From: Minisyncoccota bacterium
Lineage (GTDB): Bacteria; Patescibacteriota; Minisyncoccia; UBA6257; JAGOQP01
Length of the DNA stretch: 51,148 nucleotides
NCBI GenBank assembly: GCA_017991375.1
Contig: JAGOQP010000001.1
Coordinates: 1-51,148, forward strand
Direction of reading: 5' to 3'
Part shown: positions 16,584 through 25,145 of the stretch, in pieces
How the letters are laid out: each line of letters starts with the position of its first letter
Position numbering within the stretch: the first letter of the stretch is position 1
Position numbers and translations under genes: made by a program
The notes under the pieces: generated by a model
The model's database searches: none
Told to the model about the DNA's origin: nothing
Seen by the model: only the letters and a program-made list of their open reading frames with translations

Positions 16584-17768
16584 ATGTCCCACACCACCAT
16601 CACGCATCATATCTCCATCATCACCCTCTCGATCCTCATGGGAGTAGCCATCCCTTCTATCATCGTCCTTGCCTCATCAGTGGTTGGTGATAACATCTCG
16701 ATCACCAATACCACTGAACAGCTCAGATTAGGATATAATTCTTCTATATATACTTCTCTAACCACTGATTCAGCAGGTAATTTGAGTATTTTATCCGCTA
16801 CTACAAGCACCCTTCCTTTTGGTATTCAGCTTGTCAATAATCGTAGTGATGGTAGCGATCTGAGCGGTAGTATCTTAGGTGGATACACCGGCAATATCAT
16901 CGATGCCTCTTCATCTGGTTCGGTTATTGCTGGTGGTGGGTGGAACGGGGGATACGAAAACAAAATCATCAATTCAATCCTCGGTTTTATTGGTGGAGGA
17001 CACGGCAACATCATCAACAGCACCACCTCTTCTCGAAAGCAAGATATGGTCATTGGTGGGGGAGCGAATAATAGCGTCGTGAGTTCTGATCAGGGAATGA
17101 TTGCGGGAGGAAATAATAACTTTATTCGCTCAGCTTATTATTCTGGTATCGCTAGTGGTAATCGTAACAGAATAGACGCTTCATCGTGGTCAACTGATAA
17201 CTCCGCAACAGCATCGTTTATTGGGGGTGGTCTTTACAATAAAATTGGAAAATCAGAATCAGCGATTCTTGGTGGGGCGTATAATGAGCTTTATGGAGAT
17301 GACTCAGTCATTCTTGGGGGAGAATCTAATATCTCTGGGGTTCCTAATACAGGTTCTCCGGATTATTCGGTTATTCTTGGTGGTAAAGAAAATGTTTTGG
17401 GTACTTCTGCAAGTTACAGCACTATTGGTGGCAGAAAAGCGTCGTCAACTCACGCCGGGGTGTTTTTGTGGGCTGACTCAAATAACTACAAATTTGCCAG
17501 TGCCGCTACCAACGAAACCGCGTTCCGTTCAACTGGTGGCGTTCGCTTTGTCACCGCTATTGATGGAAGCGGAAATCCGACTAAGACCGTCTCAATAAAT
17601 ACATCGGGGGATATTATATCTCCAGGCAAGATAGTTATGACTGCTTCAAGTACTCCTGCCTCAACTACTACTGCTTGCACTGCTGGTACGATTGTCTGGG
17701 ACTCAAGCTATGTCTACGTCTGTGTTGCCACTAATTCTTGGAAACGCTCGGCAATTAGCACGTGGTAG
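16584..17768 (+). CDS. membrane-anchored surface protein with Gly/Asn-rich beta-helix-like repeats (paralogue of 44322..45509)
   Basis: N-terminal TM helix; repeated GG..N.I motifs (IGGGHGNIIN, IGGGANNSVV, IAGGNNNFI...). Conserved C-terminal block HAGVFLWADSNNYKFASAATNETAFRSTGGVRFVTA...CTAGTIVWDSSYVYVCVATNSWKR, resembling adhesin/tail-fibre heads. Confidence 0.7.
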   Translation: MSHTTITHHISIITLSILMGVAIPSIIVLASSVVGDNISITNTTEQLRLGYNSSIYTSLTTDSAGNLSILSATTSTLPFGIQLVNNRSDGSDLSGSILGGYTGNIIDASSSGSVIAGGGWNGGYENKIINSILGFIGGGHGNIINSTTSSRKQDMVIGGGANNSVVSSDQGMIAGGNNNFIRSAYYSGIASGNRNRIDASSWSTDNSATASFIGGGLYNKIGKSESAILGGAYNELYGDDSVILGGESNISGVPNTGSPDYSVILGGKENVLGTSASYSTIGGRKASSTHAGVFLWADSNNYKFASAATNETAFRSTGGVRFVTAIDGSGNPTKTVSINTSGDIISPGKIVMTASSTPASTTTACTAGTIVWDSSYVYVCVATNSWKRSAISTW

Positions 17769-17933
17769 CAGTGCGTATAAAGAGGAACGTGGAACGAGTT
17801 ATATATACGATTAATGATTAAAGATAAATAAGTTACACGCAGAACGGTAAATGTGGAAAGTGGAATGAAAGATGGAAAATCTTAAACATATAAACTCGTT
17901 TTACTTTGAACTTTCCACTTTTCACTATCTTCC

Positions 17934-19445
17934 ATGACCACGCTCATAAAAAATATTATTCTCGTTGATGGCACTGGAAAAAATCCGTTTAAAGCAGATG
18001 TCCTTGTGCGTGATCGTTCTATTGTGGCAGTAGGAAGTTTCCCCTCTTTTAAAGCGGACAAAGTTATTCTTGGAAACGAAGGATATCTTATGCCCGGATT
18101 TGTTGATTTGAATGTAAGTTCCGATCGATATCTAACTCTGTTTACCTCTCCTCTTCACCGGGACTTTCTCTTACAAGGAGTTACGTCTATTCTCATTGGG
18201 CAGTGTGGATTTTCTCTCGCTCCATCATTCTACGGCGCTTTGGGGCATTGTTCCGCGTGGACAAGCGCCACGCACGTTAATGTAAATTGGAAACGCGTAG
18301 GGGACTTTTTAGATGTTCTCCAAAAGCAATTTAATTTTGGCGTAAATATCGCCACGCTCGCGGGGCATCGAGTTATCAGAGATGAAATGGTTCATAACCC
18401 GAGCGTTTTTCGATCTCTTACCGCAAACGAGCTTCGTGTGTTTCGCTCGGTGCTCGATGAAGCGTTGCGTGAAGGCGCATTTGGTCTTTCTGTTGGACTC
18501 GGGCATTACCCATATCAAAGTACCCCATACCACGAGTTGCGAGCGCTTCTTGATGTGGTTAAAAAGTATAATGGCGTGTACGCAACTCATATGCGGAACG
18601 AGAAAGAAGGAATTCTTGCTTCGGTGCAAGAAACCGTAAAGCTAGCTCAAGAAGTCGCGGTACCGACTATTATCAGTCATCTAAGACCGTTTGTTGGATT
18701 TGAGCATGAATATCGTGATGCGCTTTCATTGATTGAAGAAAAAAGCGCAAAGGCAGATGTATATTTTAATATCAATCCTTTTAGCTACAGCGCTGAATCG
18801 GTTGCTTCTTTCATCCCCGAAAAATTTAGAAACGATTCTCGCGACGTGCTCGTGGAGAAATTTAAAGATCCAGCATGCGTAAAAGAAATCACCTCGCTTC
18901 TTCCGAAATTTGATTCGACTAAAATGATGATTTTAAACGCTCCCGGGATGGAGTTTTTGGTTGGAAAAACACTTTACGAATTTGCTCGTAATCGCCAACT
19001 GTCCGCTCCCAAAGCACTGATTGAGCTTATGCGGGTTTCTAAATTGCGCGCGGTGGTCTTTTTTGACAACCTAAACGAGCAAGAAGTATCACGAGCCCTT
19101 CTTTCGGGAAGGTCGCTTATTTCTACCAATAGTCCTAATTTTGATCACTTATCTGTCGCTTTCAAGCCAGAGCGTTCATATAATACATTTCCTACTTACC
19201 TCAAACATGCGGCCGCAAGCTCTTTGTCTATAGAACAGGCAGTCGCGAAAATAAGCGGACTCCCCGCGACACTTGTGGGACTCAAAAAGCGTGGTCTGGT
19301 GACCAATGGGTATTATGCCGATATGGTGCTTACTACAAAGGATTTTGAAGTGTCAGCGGTGCTTGTAAACGGAACACTTATGATTGATCAAGGAAGCCCC
19401 ACTCACGCCCAAGGATCGGGAACTATTATGCGTCGATGCGTATGA
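17934..19445 (+). CDS. D-aminoacylase-like amidohydrolase family protein
   Basis: NIILVDGTGKNPFKADVLVRDRSIVAVG...MPGFVD, GQCGFSLAP, YATHMRNE and IISHLR blocks match N-acyl-D-amino-acid deacylases. The N-terminal HxH is replaced by N-V-S (DLNVSSD). Confidence 0.7.
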   Translation: MTTLIKNIILVDGTGKNPFKADVLVRDRSIVAVGSFPSFKADKVILGNEGYLMPGFVDLNVSSDRYLTLFTSPLHRDFLLQGVTSILIGQCGFSLAPSFYGALGHCSAWTSATHVNVNWKRVGDFLDVLQKQFNFGVNIATLAGHRVIRDEMVHNPSVFRSLTANELRVFRSVLDEALREGAFGLSVGLGHYPYQSTPYHELRALLDVVKKYNGVYATHMRNEKEGILASVQETVKLAQEVAVPTIISHLRPFVGFEHEYRDALSLIEEKSAKADVYFNINPFSYSAESVASFIPEKFRNDSRDVLVEKFKDPACVKEITSLLPKFDSTKMMILNAPGMEFLVGKTLYEFARNRQLSAPKALIELMRVSKLRAVVFFDNLNEQEVSRALLSGRSLISTNSPNFDHLSVAFKPERSYNTFPTYLKHAAASSLSIEQAVAKISGLPATLVGLKKRGLVTNGYYADMVLTTKDFEVSAVLVNGTLMIDQGSPTHAQGSGTIMRRCV

Positions 19446-20596
19446 CATTTTTTACATCTCTCACACGGGGACACAAACCCGATTGGATGTTTTTAACGGT
19501 AGTGCTCATTTTGGTGGTGGGGGGATTGCTCATGCTCTCATCCGCCTCATCTGACAAAGGGAAAATAGAACATGGCGACGCGTACTATTTTGTTACCAAT
19601 CAACTCATAAAAGGACTTCTTCCCGGAATTATTGGCTTTCTGGTTGGTTTTGGCGTGTATTACCGACGATGGCAGGGGAAAGTCGCAACCATACTACTGC
19701 TACTGAACCTTATTCTTCTTGTTCTTGTCTTTTCTCCCATAGGGGTTTCCGCTAATGGATCACATCGATGGATTACTGTTGGGCCAATCACATTTCAACC
19801 ATCCGAATTTCTTAAGATTACGTTCGTGTTGTATTTGGCGTCGCTTCTTTCAAGCGCCAACATGAAGAATATGAAAAAGGGTTGGAATACCTATGGTATT
19901 TTTTTATTGGTATCGCTTGTGGTTGTGGGGCTCATTCTTATAGAACCAGCAACGACCATGGCGGTTATCCTTGTGTGCGGTGGCGCCGTTATGTACCTAC
20001 TCAGCGGAGCTCCATGGAGATACATCGCTCTCACTGCGCTTATTGGTGTTGTTGCGGTAGCACTTTTAGTGGCTATCACTCCATATCGCCTCAAACGCAT
20101 TGTGCCCAATTGGAACGTTCTTGCGCAAAACTTTTTTCCTTCGCTTGTGGTAGAACGAAACGATATTGATAGCTTTCACCTCAATCAGTCGCTCATTGCC
20201 ATTGGTACCGGGCAAATAACGGGAGTTGGGTTTGGAAAATCAACAAGCAAATACAGCGTACTCCCAGAAGCGATGGGCGATTCTATTTTTGCGGTTATTG
20301 GTGAGGAATTGGGCTTTGTGGGGGGAGTATTAGTGGTTGGGGCATATCTGGTTTTGGTGTGGCGTGGCACAGCTATCGTTCTTCGTAGTGATAGTGGGTT
20401 TGCTCGACTTGTAGTCATAGGGTTTGTCTCCATTGTTGGCGTTCAAGCGCTTATTCATATTGGGGCAAACACCGGATTATTGCCGCTTACCGGTATTCCT
20501 CTACCTTTTATTAGTTATGGTGGCACATCACTTGCGGTAACGCTTACGATGATGGGTATAGTGGGAAACATATCCAGATACACAGCGGGAAGATAA
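19436..20596 (+). CDS. ftsW: SEDS-family peptidoglycan glycosyltransferase FtsW/RodA
   Basis: Ten-TM SEDS pattern: ...RWITVGPITFQPSEFLKI..., ...LPEAMGDSIFAVIGEELGFVG..., ...TGIPLPFISYGGTS.... Overlaps the preceding gene by 10 nt and is followed by murG. Confidence 0.85.
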   Translation: MRMTFFTSLTRGHKPDWMFLTVVLILVVGGLLMLSSASSDKGKIEHGDAYYFVTNQLIKGLLPGIIGFLVGFGVYYRRWQGKVATILLLLNLILLVLVFSPIGVSANGSHRWITVGPITFQPSEFLKITFVLYLASLLSSANMKNMKKGWNTYGIFLLVSLVVVGLILIEPATTMAVILVCGGAVMYLLSGAPWRYIALTALIGVVAVALLVAITPYRLKRIVPNWNVLAQNFFPSLVVERNDIDSFHLNQSLIAIGTGQITGVGFGKSTSKYSVLPEAMGDSIFAVIGEELGFVGGVLVVGAYLVLVWRGTAIVLRSDSGFARLVVIGFVSIVGVQALIHIGANTGLLPLTGIPLPFISYGGTSLAVTLTMMGIVGNISRYTAGR

Positions 20597-20694
20597 TATT
20601 GACTAACAACTAATCACTAACAACCAACCACGCCGTATAAAAGAAAATAAGATTTGATTATGGTATTATTGTTCTAAGTTATTTGTTAACACAC

Positions 20695-21843
20695 ATGAAA
20701 ACTCTTCGCATTGCTTTCACGGGGGGAGGGACGGGGGGGCACATCTATCCTCTGCTTGCGGTCGCGCAGGAAGTAAAAAAAATGAGCGAACAACGCTTTA
20801 ATGGACGCGTGTCGCTTTACTATCTGGGAGCGCCAGGAATGTATGGGGGAGTTATCGCACAGAGTGGTATAAAAATTATTTCGCTTATTTCATTTAAAAT
20901 GCGCCGCTATTTTTCTGTGGCGAATATTATCGATATTATTAAGCTTCCCTTTGCGTTTGCGCAGGCGTTTTTCAAAATGCTCTTTTTAATGCCTGACGCT
21001 GTTTTCTCAAAAGGAGGATCGGGCGCTCTCGCAGTAGTATTCGCCGCGTGGATTTTTAGAATCCCTATTTTTGTGCATGATTCTGATTCCGTACCGGGAT
21101 CTACCAATGTATGGAGCTTTCGTTTTGCTCATCGCGTTGGACTTTCATTTTCTCGAGCACTTACTTACGCGCCTCAGGCAAAATCAGCGGTGGTAGGAAA
21201 CCCCATCAGAGAGATTTTTTTCGCGCGCGATCCCGAGTTGACTCAAGAAAAAGCAAAGCGAATGTTTGGTATTGAGCCAAACCTTCCGTTGGTACTTGTG
21301 CTTGGTGGGTCGCAAGGGTCCGAGCGCATTAATGATTTTATGTTGGATTGTGTTGGCGAATGCGTGAAATCATTTTCAGTTCTTCATCAAACAGGGGTTG
21401 AAAACTTTACCAGAGTAAAAAATGAACTCGCGGTAGCCACCCAACACTTTGTTCCAATTGAGCGTTCACGATATAAAATTATTGATTTTTTGCAACAGGA
21501 TCTTATGGAGGCAATGATGGCTGCTGATGTGATTATTTCTCGCGCTGGAAGCGGCGCGGTATTTGAAATCGCGGCGATGGGAAAACCAGCCATTCTTATT
21601 CCACTTCCAGAATCGGCAAATGATCATCAGCGCTATAACGCGTACGAATATGCAAAAGTGGGCGCGTGTGTGGTTATGGAAGAGGATAACCTTTCTCCAA
21701 CGCTCTTTTTCTCGCAACTCAATACCTTAATAACTGATTCCACAAAATATCAACGTATGGCACAGGCGGCCCAAGCGTTTTCAAAACCAGACGCGGCGCG
21801 ACTAATCGCGCAAGAATTACTCTCTCTTGCGTCGGAGGCGTGA
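20695..21843 (+). CDS. murG: UDP-GlcNAc:lipid I N-acetylglucosaminyltransferase
   Basis: FTGGGTGGHIYPLLAV G-loop, LVLGGSQGS, ISRAGSGAVFEIAAMGKPAILIP. Start taken at ATG 20695. Confidence 0.9.
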   Translation: MKTLRIAFTGGGTGGHIYPLLAVAQEVKKMSEQRFNGRVSLYYLGAPGMYGGVIAQSGIKIISLISFKMRRYFSVANIIDIIKLPFAFAQAFFKMLFLMPDAVFSKGGSGALAVVFAAWIFRIPIFVHDSDSVPGSTNVWSFRFAHRVGLSFSRALTYAPQAKSAVVGNPIREIFFARDPELTQEKAKRMFGIEPNLPLVLVLGGSQGSERINDFMLDCVGECVKSFSVLHQTGVENFTRVKNELAVATQHFVPIERSRYKIIDFLQQDLMEAMMAADVIISRAGSGAVFEIAAMGKPAILIPLPESANDHQRYNAYEYAKVGACVVMEEDNLSPTLFFSQLNTLITDSTKYQRMAQAAQAFSKPDAARLIAQELLSLASEA

Positions 21844-23817
21844 TGTGTTTTTGTGTTTTGGTGCCTGTATTTCATCAATGCGGCGCTGAAGATACGTTGC
21901 TTTTTCAAATTGGAGATTGCGTTGAGCAAGCTCTAATTTTTGTTTAAGCTCTTTTATATAATCGCGCTTAAACTCACTACCCTCTACAAACTCAAGTTCT
22001 TTTTTAGATCCAATAGGGAGCGATAGTTTTCTCTCTTTGGTGATGGTGATTGGCTGTGTACGGTGTTTTTTGTTGTATGCTTCCTGGATTTCTCGTCGCC
22101 GGTTTGTTTCGTGTATCGCTTCTTTCATTGAGTGCGTCATATGATGCGCGTACATAATCACCTTACCGTTTATATTGCGTGATGCGCGACCGATGATTTG
22201 GATAAATGATGTTTTGTCCCGTAGAAAACTTTCCTTATCAGCGTCAAAAATAACAATCAACGATACCTCAGGGAGATCCAATCCTTCTCGCAAAAGATTT
22301 ATTCCTACCAGTACGTCGTACACGCCGTTTCTCAAATCTAACAAAATTTTGGGCCGCTCGAGGGTGTCTATTTCAGAATGCAAAAAAGCTGCCTTCACAT
22401 TTTTTTCCTTTAAGTGTTTCGCGAGTGCCTCAGAGAGTCGTTTGGTAAGCACTGTGATAAGCACGCGCTCTCCTTTAGCTACGCGCGCGGAAACCTCCTT
22501 AAGCATATCAATTATCTGATGTTCTTCTGGCCGCACTTCAATAATGGGATCTACCAGATATGTAGGGCGCACAATTTGTTCAACGGTATGTTCGGACTTT
22601 TTTATTTCCCATGGACTTGGTGTTGCCGAGACAAAAAGGGTTTGATCTATTTTTCCCAAAAACTCATCGAACATAAGCGGTCGATTGTCCAACGCGCTAG
22701 GAAGTCGAAATCCATGTTGGATAAGCGTTTCCTTTCTCGCTTTATCTCCCTGATACATACCACGAATTTGTGGGATCGTCATATGCGATTCATCTATGAT
22801 GACCAAAAAGTCCTTAAACTTTTTCGGCTGCGTTGACTGAGAAAAATAGTCAATAAGAGTAAATGGAGGAGTTTTTTCTTCGCGTCCTTCTAAATAACGC
22901 GAGTAATTCTCTACTCCCTTGCACCACCCGACTTCTTTAATGAGTGTCATATCGTACTCGGTACGGCGTTTAAGTCGCTCGGCTTCTATAAACCTTTTGT
23001 GGTCTTTGAGATTTTCAATTTGATGTTGAAGGTCAAGACGGATATTTGAAAGAGCAACCTCTCTCTTTTCTTCTTCTGATGACCAGAATTTTGCGGGGAA
23101 TAAAGAAACTTCTTGAATAGATGTGCTTGTGCCATATGGTGCTTGCATGGTAACTAGCTCTGTAATAACACCACCTTCGATCTTTACCCTAATAATGGTG
23201 TCTGCCGCCGGAGGCCAGATGTCTATATAATCAGCGCGCTGTCGAAAGTTACCTCGCCAAAACCCCAATTCGTTTCTCTCAAACTGAAGGGCGAGTAGTT
23301 TTTTAAGGAGGATTCTTTTTTCTATCTCTTGCCCACGTGCAAGACGTAATGCAAGCTTGCGATATGCTTCGGGGGATCCGAGGTTATAAATACATGATAC
23401 TGATGCAACAACAATGGTGTTTCTGTTGGTGAGCACCGATTGTACCGCTGCGTGGCGAAGTTGGTCTATTTCTTCATTAATCTGCACTTCTTTTTCTATG
23501 TAAGTGTCACTATTAGGGAGATAGGCCTCTGGTTGGTAGTAGTCGTAATATGAGACAAAATAATGCACATGATCGTTTGGGAAAAGTGTCTTTAACTCTT
23601 CGTATAATTGAGCGGCAAGTGTTTTGTTATGAGAAATGACAAGCGTGGGACGATTGAGTTGGTTGATAACGTGAGCCATAGTAAATGTTTTTCCTGAACC
23701 AGTAACCCCCATAAGTGTCTGAAAACGGCTTCCTTTTTTGAAACCAGAGACAAGCTTCTTAATAGCCCCCGGTTGGTCACCGGCGGGCACTAACTTTTTT
23801 GAAATGGAAAAACTCAT
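21817..23817 (-). CDS. uvrB: excinuclease ABC subunit B
   Basis: GVTGSGKT, IIDESHMT, helicase motifs and a C-terminal UVR-like FEKATYLQRRIDEI. 666 aa. The 3' end overlaps murG convergently by 27 nt. Confidence 0.95.
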   Translation of the reverse strand: MSFSISKKLVPAGDQPGAIKKLVSGFKKGSRFQTLMGVTGSGKTFTMAHVINQLNRPTLVISHNKTLAAQLYEELKTLFPNDHVHYFVSYYDYYQPEAYLPNSDTYIEKEVQINEEIDQLRHAAVQSVLTNRNTIVVASVSCIYNLGSPEAYRKLALRLARGQEIEKRILLKKLLALQFERNELGFWRGNFRQRADYIDIWPPAADTIIRVKIEGGVITELVTMQAPYGTSTSIQEVSLFPAKFWSSEEEKREVALSNIRLDLQHQIENLKDHKRFIEAERLKRRTEYDMTLIKEVGWCKGVENYSRYLEGREEKTPPFTLIDYFSQSTQPKKFKDFLVIIDESHMTIPQIRGMYQGDKARKETLIQHGFRLPSALDNRPLMFDEFLGKIDQTLFVSATPSPWEIKKSEHTVEQIVRPTYLVDPIIEVRPEEHQIIDMLKEVSARVAKGERVLITVLTKRLSEALAKHLKEKNVKAAFLHSEIDTLERPKILLDLRNGVYDVLVGINLLREGLDLPEVSLIVIFDADKESFLRDKTSFIQIIGRASRNINGKVIMYAHHMTHSMKEAIHETNRRREIQEAYNKKHRTQPITITKERKLSLPIGSKKELEFVEGSEFKRDYIKELKQKLELAQRNLQFEKATYLQRRIDEIQAPKHKNTSRLRRKRE

Positions 23818-23838
23818 ATAGGTAACTAATGACTAACC

Positions 23839-23976
23839 CTTCGACTCGCTTTGCTCGCTCAGGGCAGGCTCTTCGACTCGCTTTGCTCGCTCAGGGCAGG
23901 CTCTTCGACTCGCTTTGCTCGCTCAGGGCAGGCTCTTCGACTCGCTTTGCTCGCTCAGGGCAGGCTCTTCGACTCA
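23839..23976 (+). repeat. tandem repeat, 32-bp unit x about 4.3 (CTTCGACTCGCTTTGCTCGCTCAGGGCAGGCT)
   Basis: Unit starts at 23839, 23871, 23903, 23935 and 23967 (partial). The copies abut directly, with no spacers. Confidence 0.95.
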
Positions 23977-24157
23977 CGCTCGGGGTCTGTCGTAGGCAGA
24001 CAACTTATAACAAATGACAAAAAAATAAACTAATACATTTTAGTACGTCACGGCGAATTAATGACTGTGGATAAAATAATTTAAGTTAATGTTGACTGAT
24101 AGTAATATATGCGATATCAATAAGGATAGCAATCCAGATCAAAAAAGGGAGGGGCCT

Positions 24158-24505
24158 ATGTCGTTTTCCTTACAACTACTTTTAGAAAGAAAAGAGGATG
24201 GTCACTATCTCTTTGCTGTTTTTGATGGCAGATGTCCTCGGTGTGGGGCGATCTTGAAGGTAAGGATTGGTGGGCTTTGCGTTGAAAAAGATATGCCCGA
24301 CTCAACGCTTGATTGGGTGCTACAGAGAATATCCGAAGATGCCGAGCTTGTACGAAGAATATGTCCTCGATGTGGTGAACTACTTTCAATAGTAACTACG
24401 TCTCAGGAAGAGCTCTTTAGCTCATTAAGGAGCAAAGTTTCTCCTCAGGGAATCTCAATGGTGATAAGAGATTATTCCTCGTGTAGCCACCGCGCTCTCT
24501 TTTAG
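24158..24505 (+). CDS. hypothetical zinc-ribbon protein (2 x CPRCG)
   Basis: GGGAGG lies 6 nt before ATG 24158. Two CPRCG..L motifs about 60 aa apart. No family recognised. Confidence 0.55.
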   Translation: MSFSLQLLLERKEDGHYLFAVFDGRCPRCGAILKVRIGGLCVEKDMPDSTLDWVLQRISEDAELVRRICPRCGELLSIVTTSQEELFSSLRSKVSPQGISMVIRDYSSCSHRALF

Positions 24506-24572
24506 AAAAATGCTGCGTGTCTTTTCGCTCCGTCTCGTGCGGGGCGTTTTGTTTTGTGTTTTGCGTTTTTGT

Positions 24573-24602
24573 CCCCTTTTTTCACGATCGTGAAAAAAGG
24601 GG
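24573..24602. terminator. 30-bp perfect palindrome, probable bidirectional terminator
   Basis: The sequence is CCCCTTTTTTCACGA|TCGTGAAAAAAGGGG. The T and A tracts are built into the arms. It lies between two plus-strand hypothetical genes. Confidence 0.5.
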
Positions 24603-24791
24603 TCAAAGGATTCCGAATTGAATTCTGGGTTAGCTTCTGGATTAAATTTTTGATTGGGTATTGGATTAGATACTGAACGCAATCTATCTAACCCTTGTGT
24701 TGTTTTCTATTTTATCAGATCTGCTGGATAATAAGCCGTGTTCTACTTGCCCAGTTGACTTGCAATGTCCGTGGTGGTATGTATGTCATAT

Positions 24792-25145
24792 ATGTCTTTG
24801 GAAAATTATGAAATAGCAGCAGAGCCACAAGAAGTGGCAGTGAGTTCACGAGTGCTGGAGTTGCTTGAAATGCTTGCAATGGCGGATGATGATGTTATAG
24901 CTCGGTTTAAAGAATCATTGTCTCCACGAAAAAGAATCATTTTTGAAAAATCGTCTCCAGATGAACAGAAAACAATTGTTTCACTGACGGCCCTTTCCCC
25001 TAGCGTAATAGAAGAAATGCTTAGGCATGAAAAAAGCCCTGGACTTCATGACGTCAGAGAATATTTGGGTCACGCTTTTTTCTTTACTGGAGATGAGAAA
25101 TACGATCGCTTGTCTCACGTGATGTTCGATGAGGTCTTACTATAA
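24792..25145 (+). CDS. hypothetical acidic protein
   Basis: ORF preceded by TTGACT (24753-24758). The start is uncertain (24765 or 24792). The 3' end overlaps uvrC convergently by 62 nt. No family recognised. Confidence 0.45.
   Translation: MSLENYEIAAEPQEVAVSSRVLELLEMLAMADDDVIARFKESLSPRKRIIFEKSSPDEQKTIVSLTALSPSVIEEMLRHEKSPGLHDVREYLGHAFFFTGDEKYDRLSHVMFDEVLL

Noticed and set aside
23839-23976. Possible CRISPR array. The same question applies to 31672-31815.
   Set aside because: Repeat units abut directly with no unique spacers, there are only about 4 copies, and no cas genes are in the window.
23829-24033. ORFs 23829..24017 and 23851..24033 (FARSGQALRL-type peptides).
   Set aside because: They are in-frame translations of the 32-bp tandem repeat. 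There is no SD, and the periodic sequence is explained by the DNA repeat.
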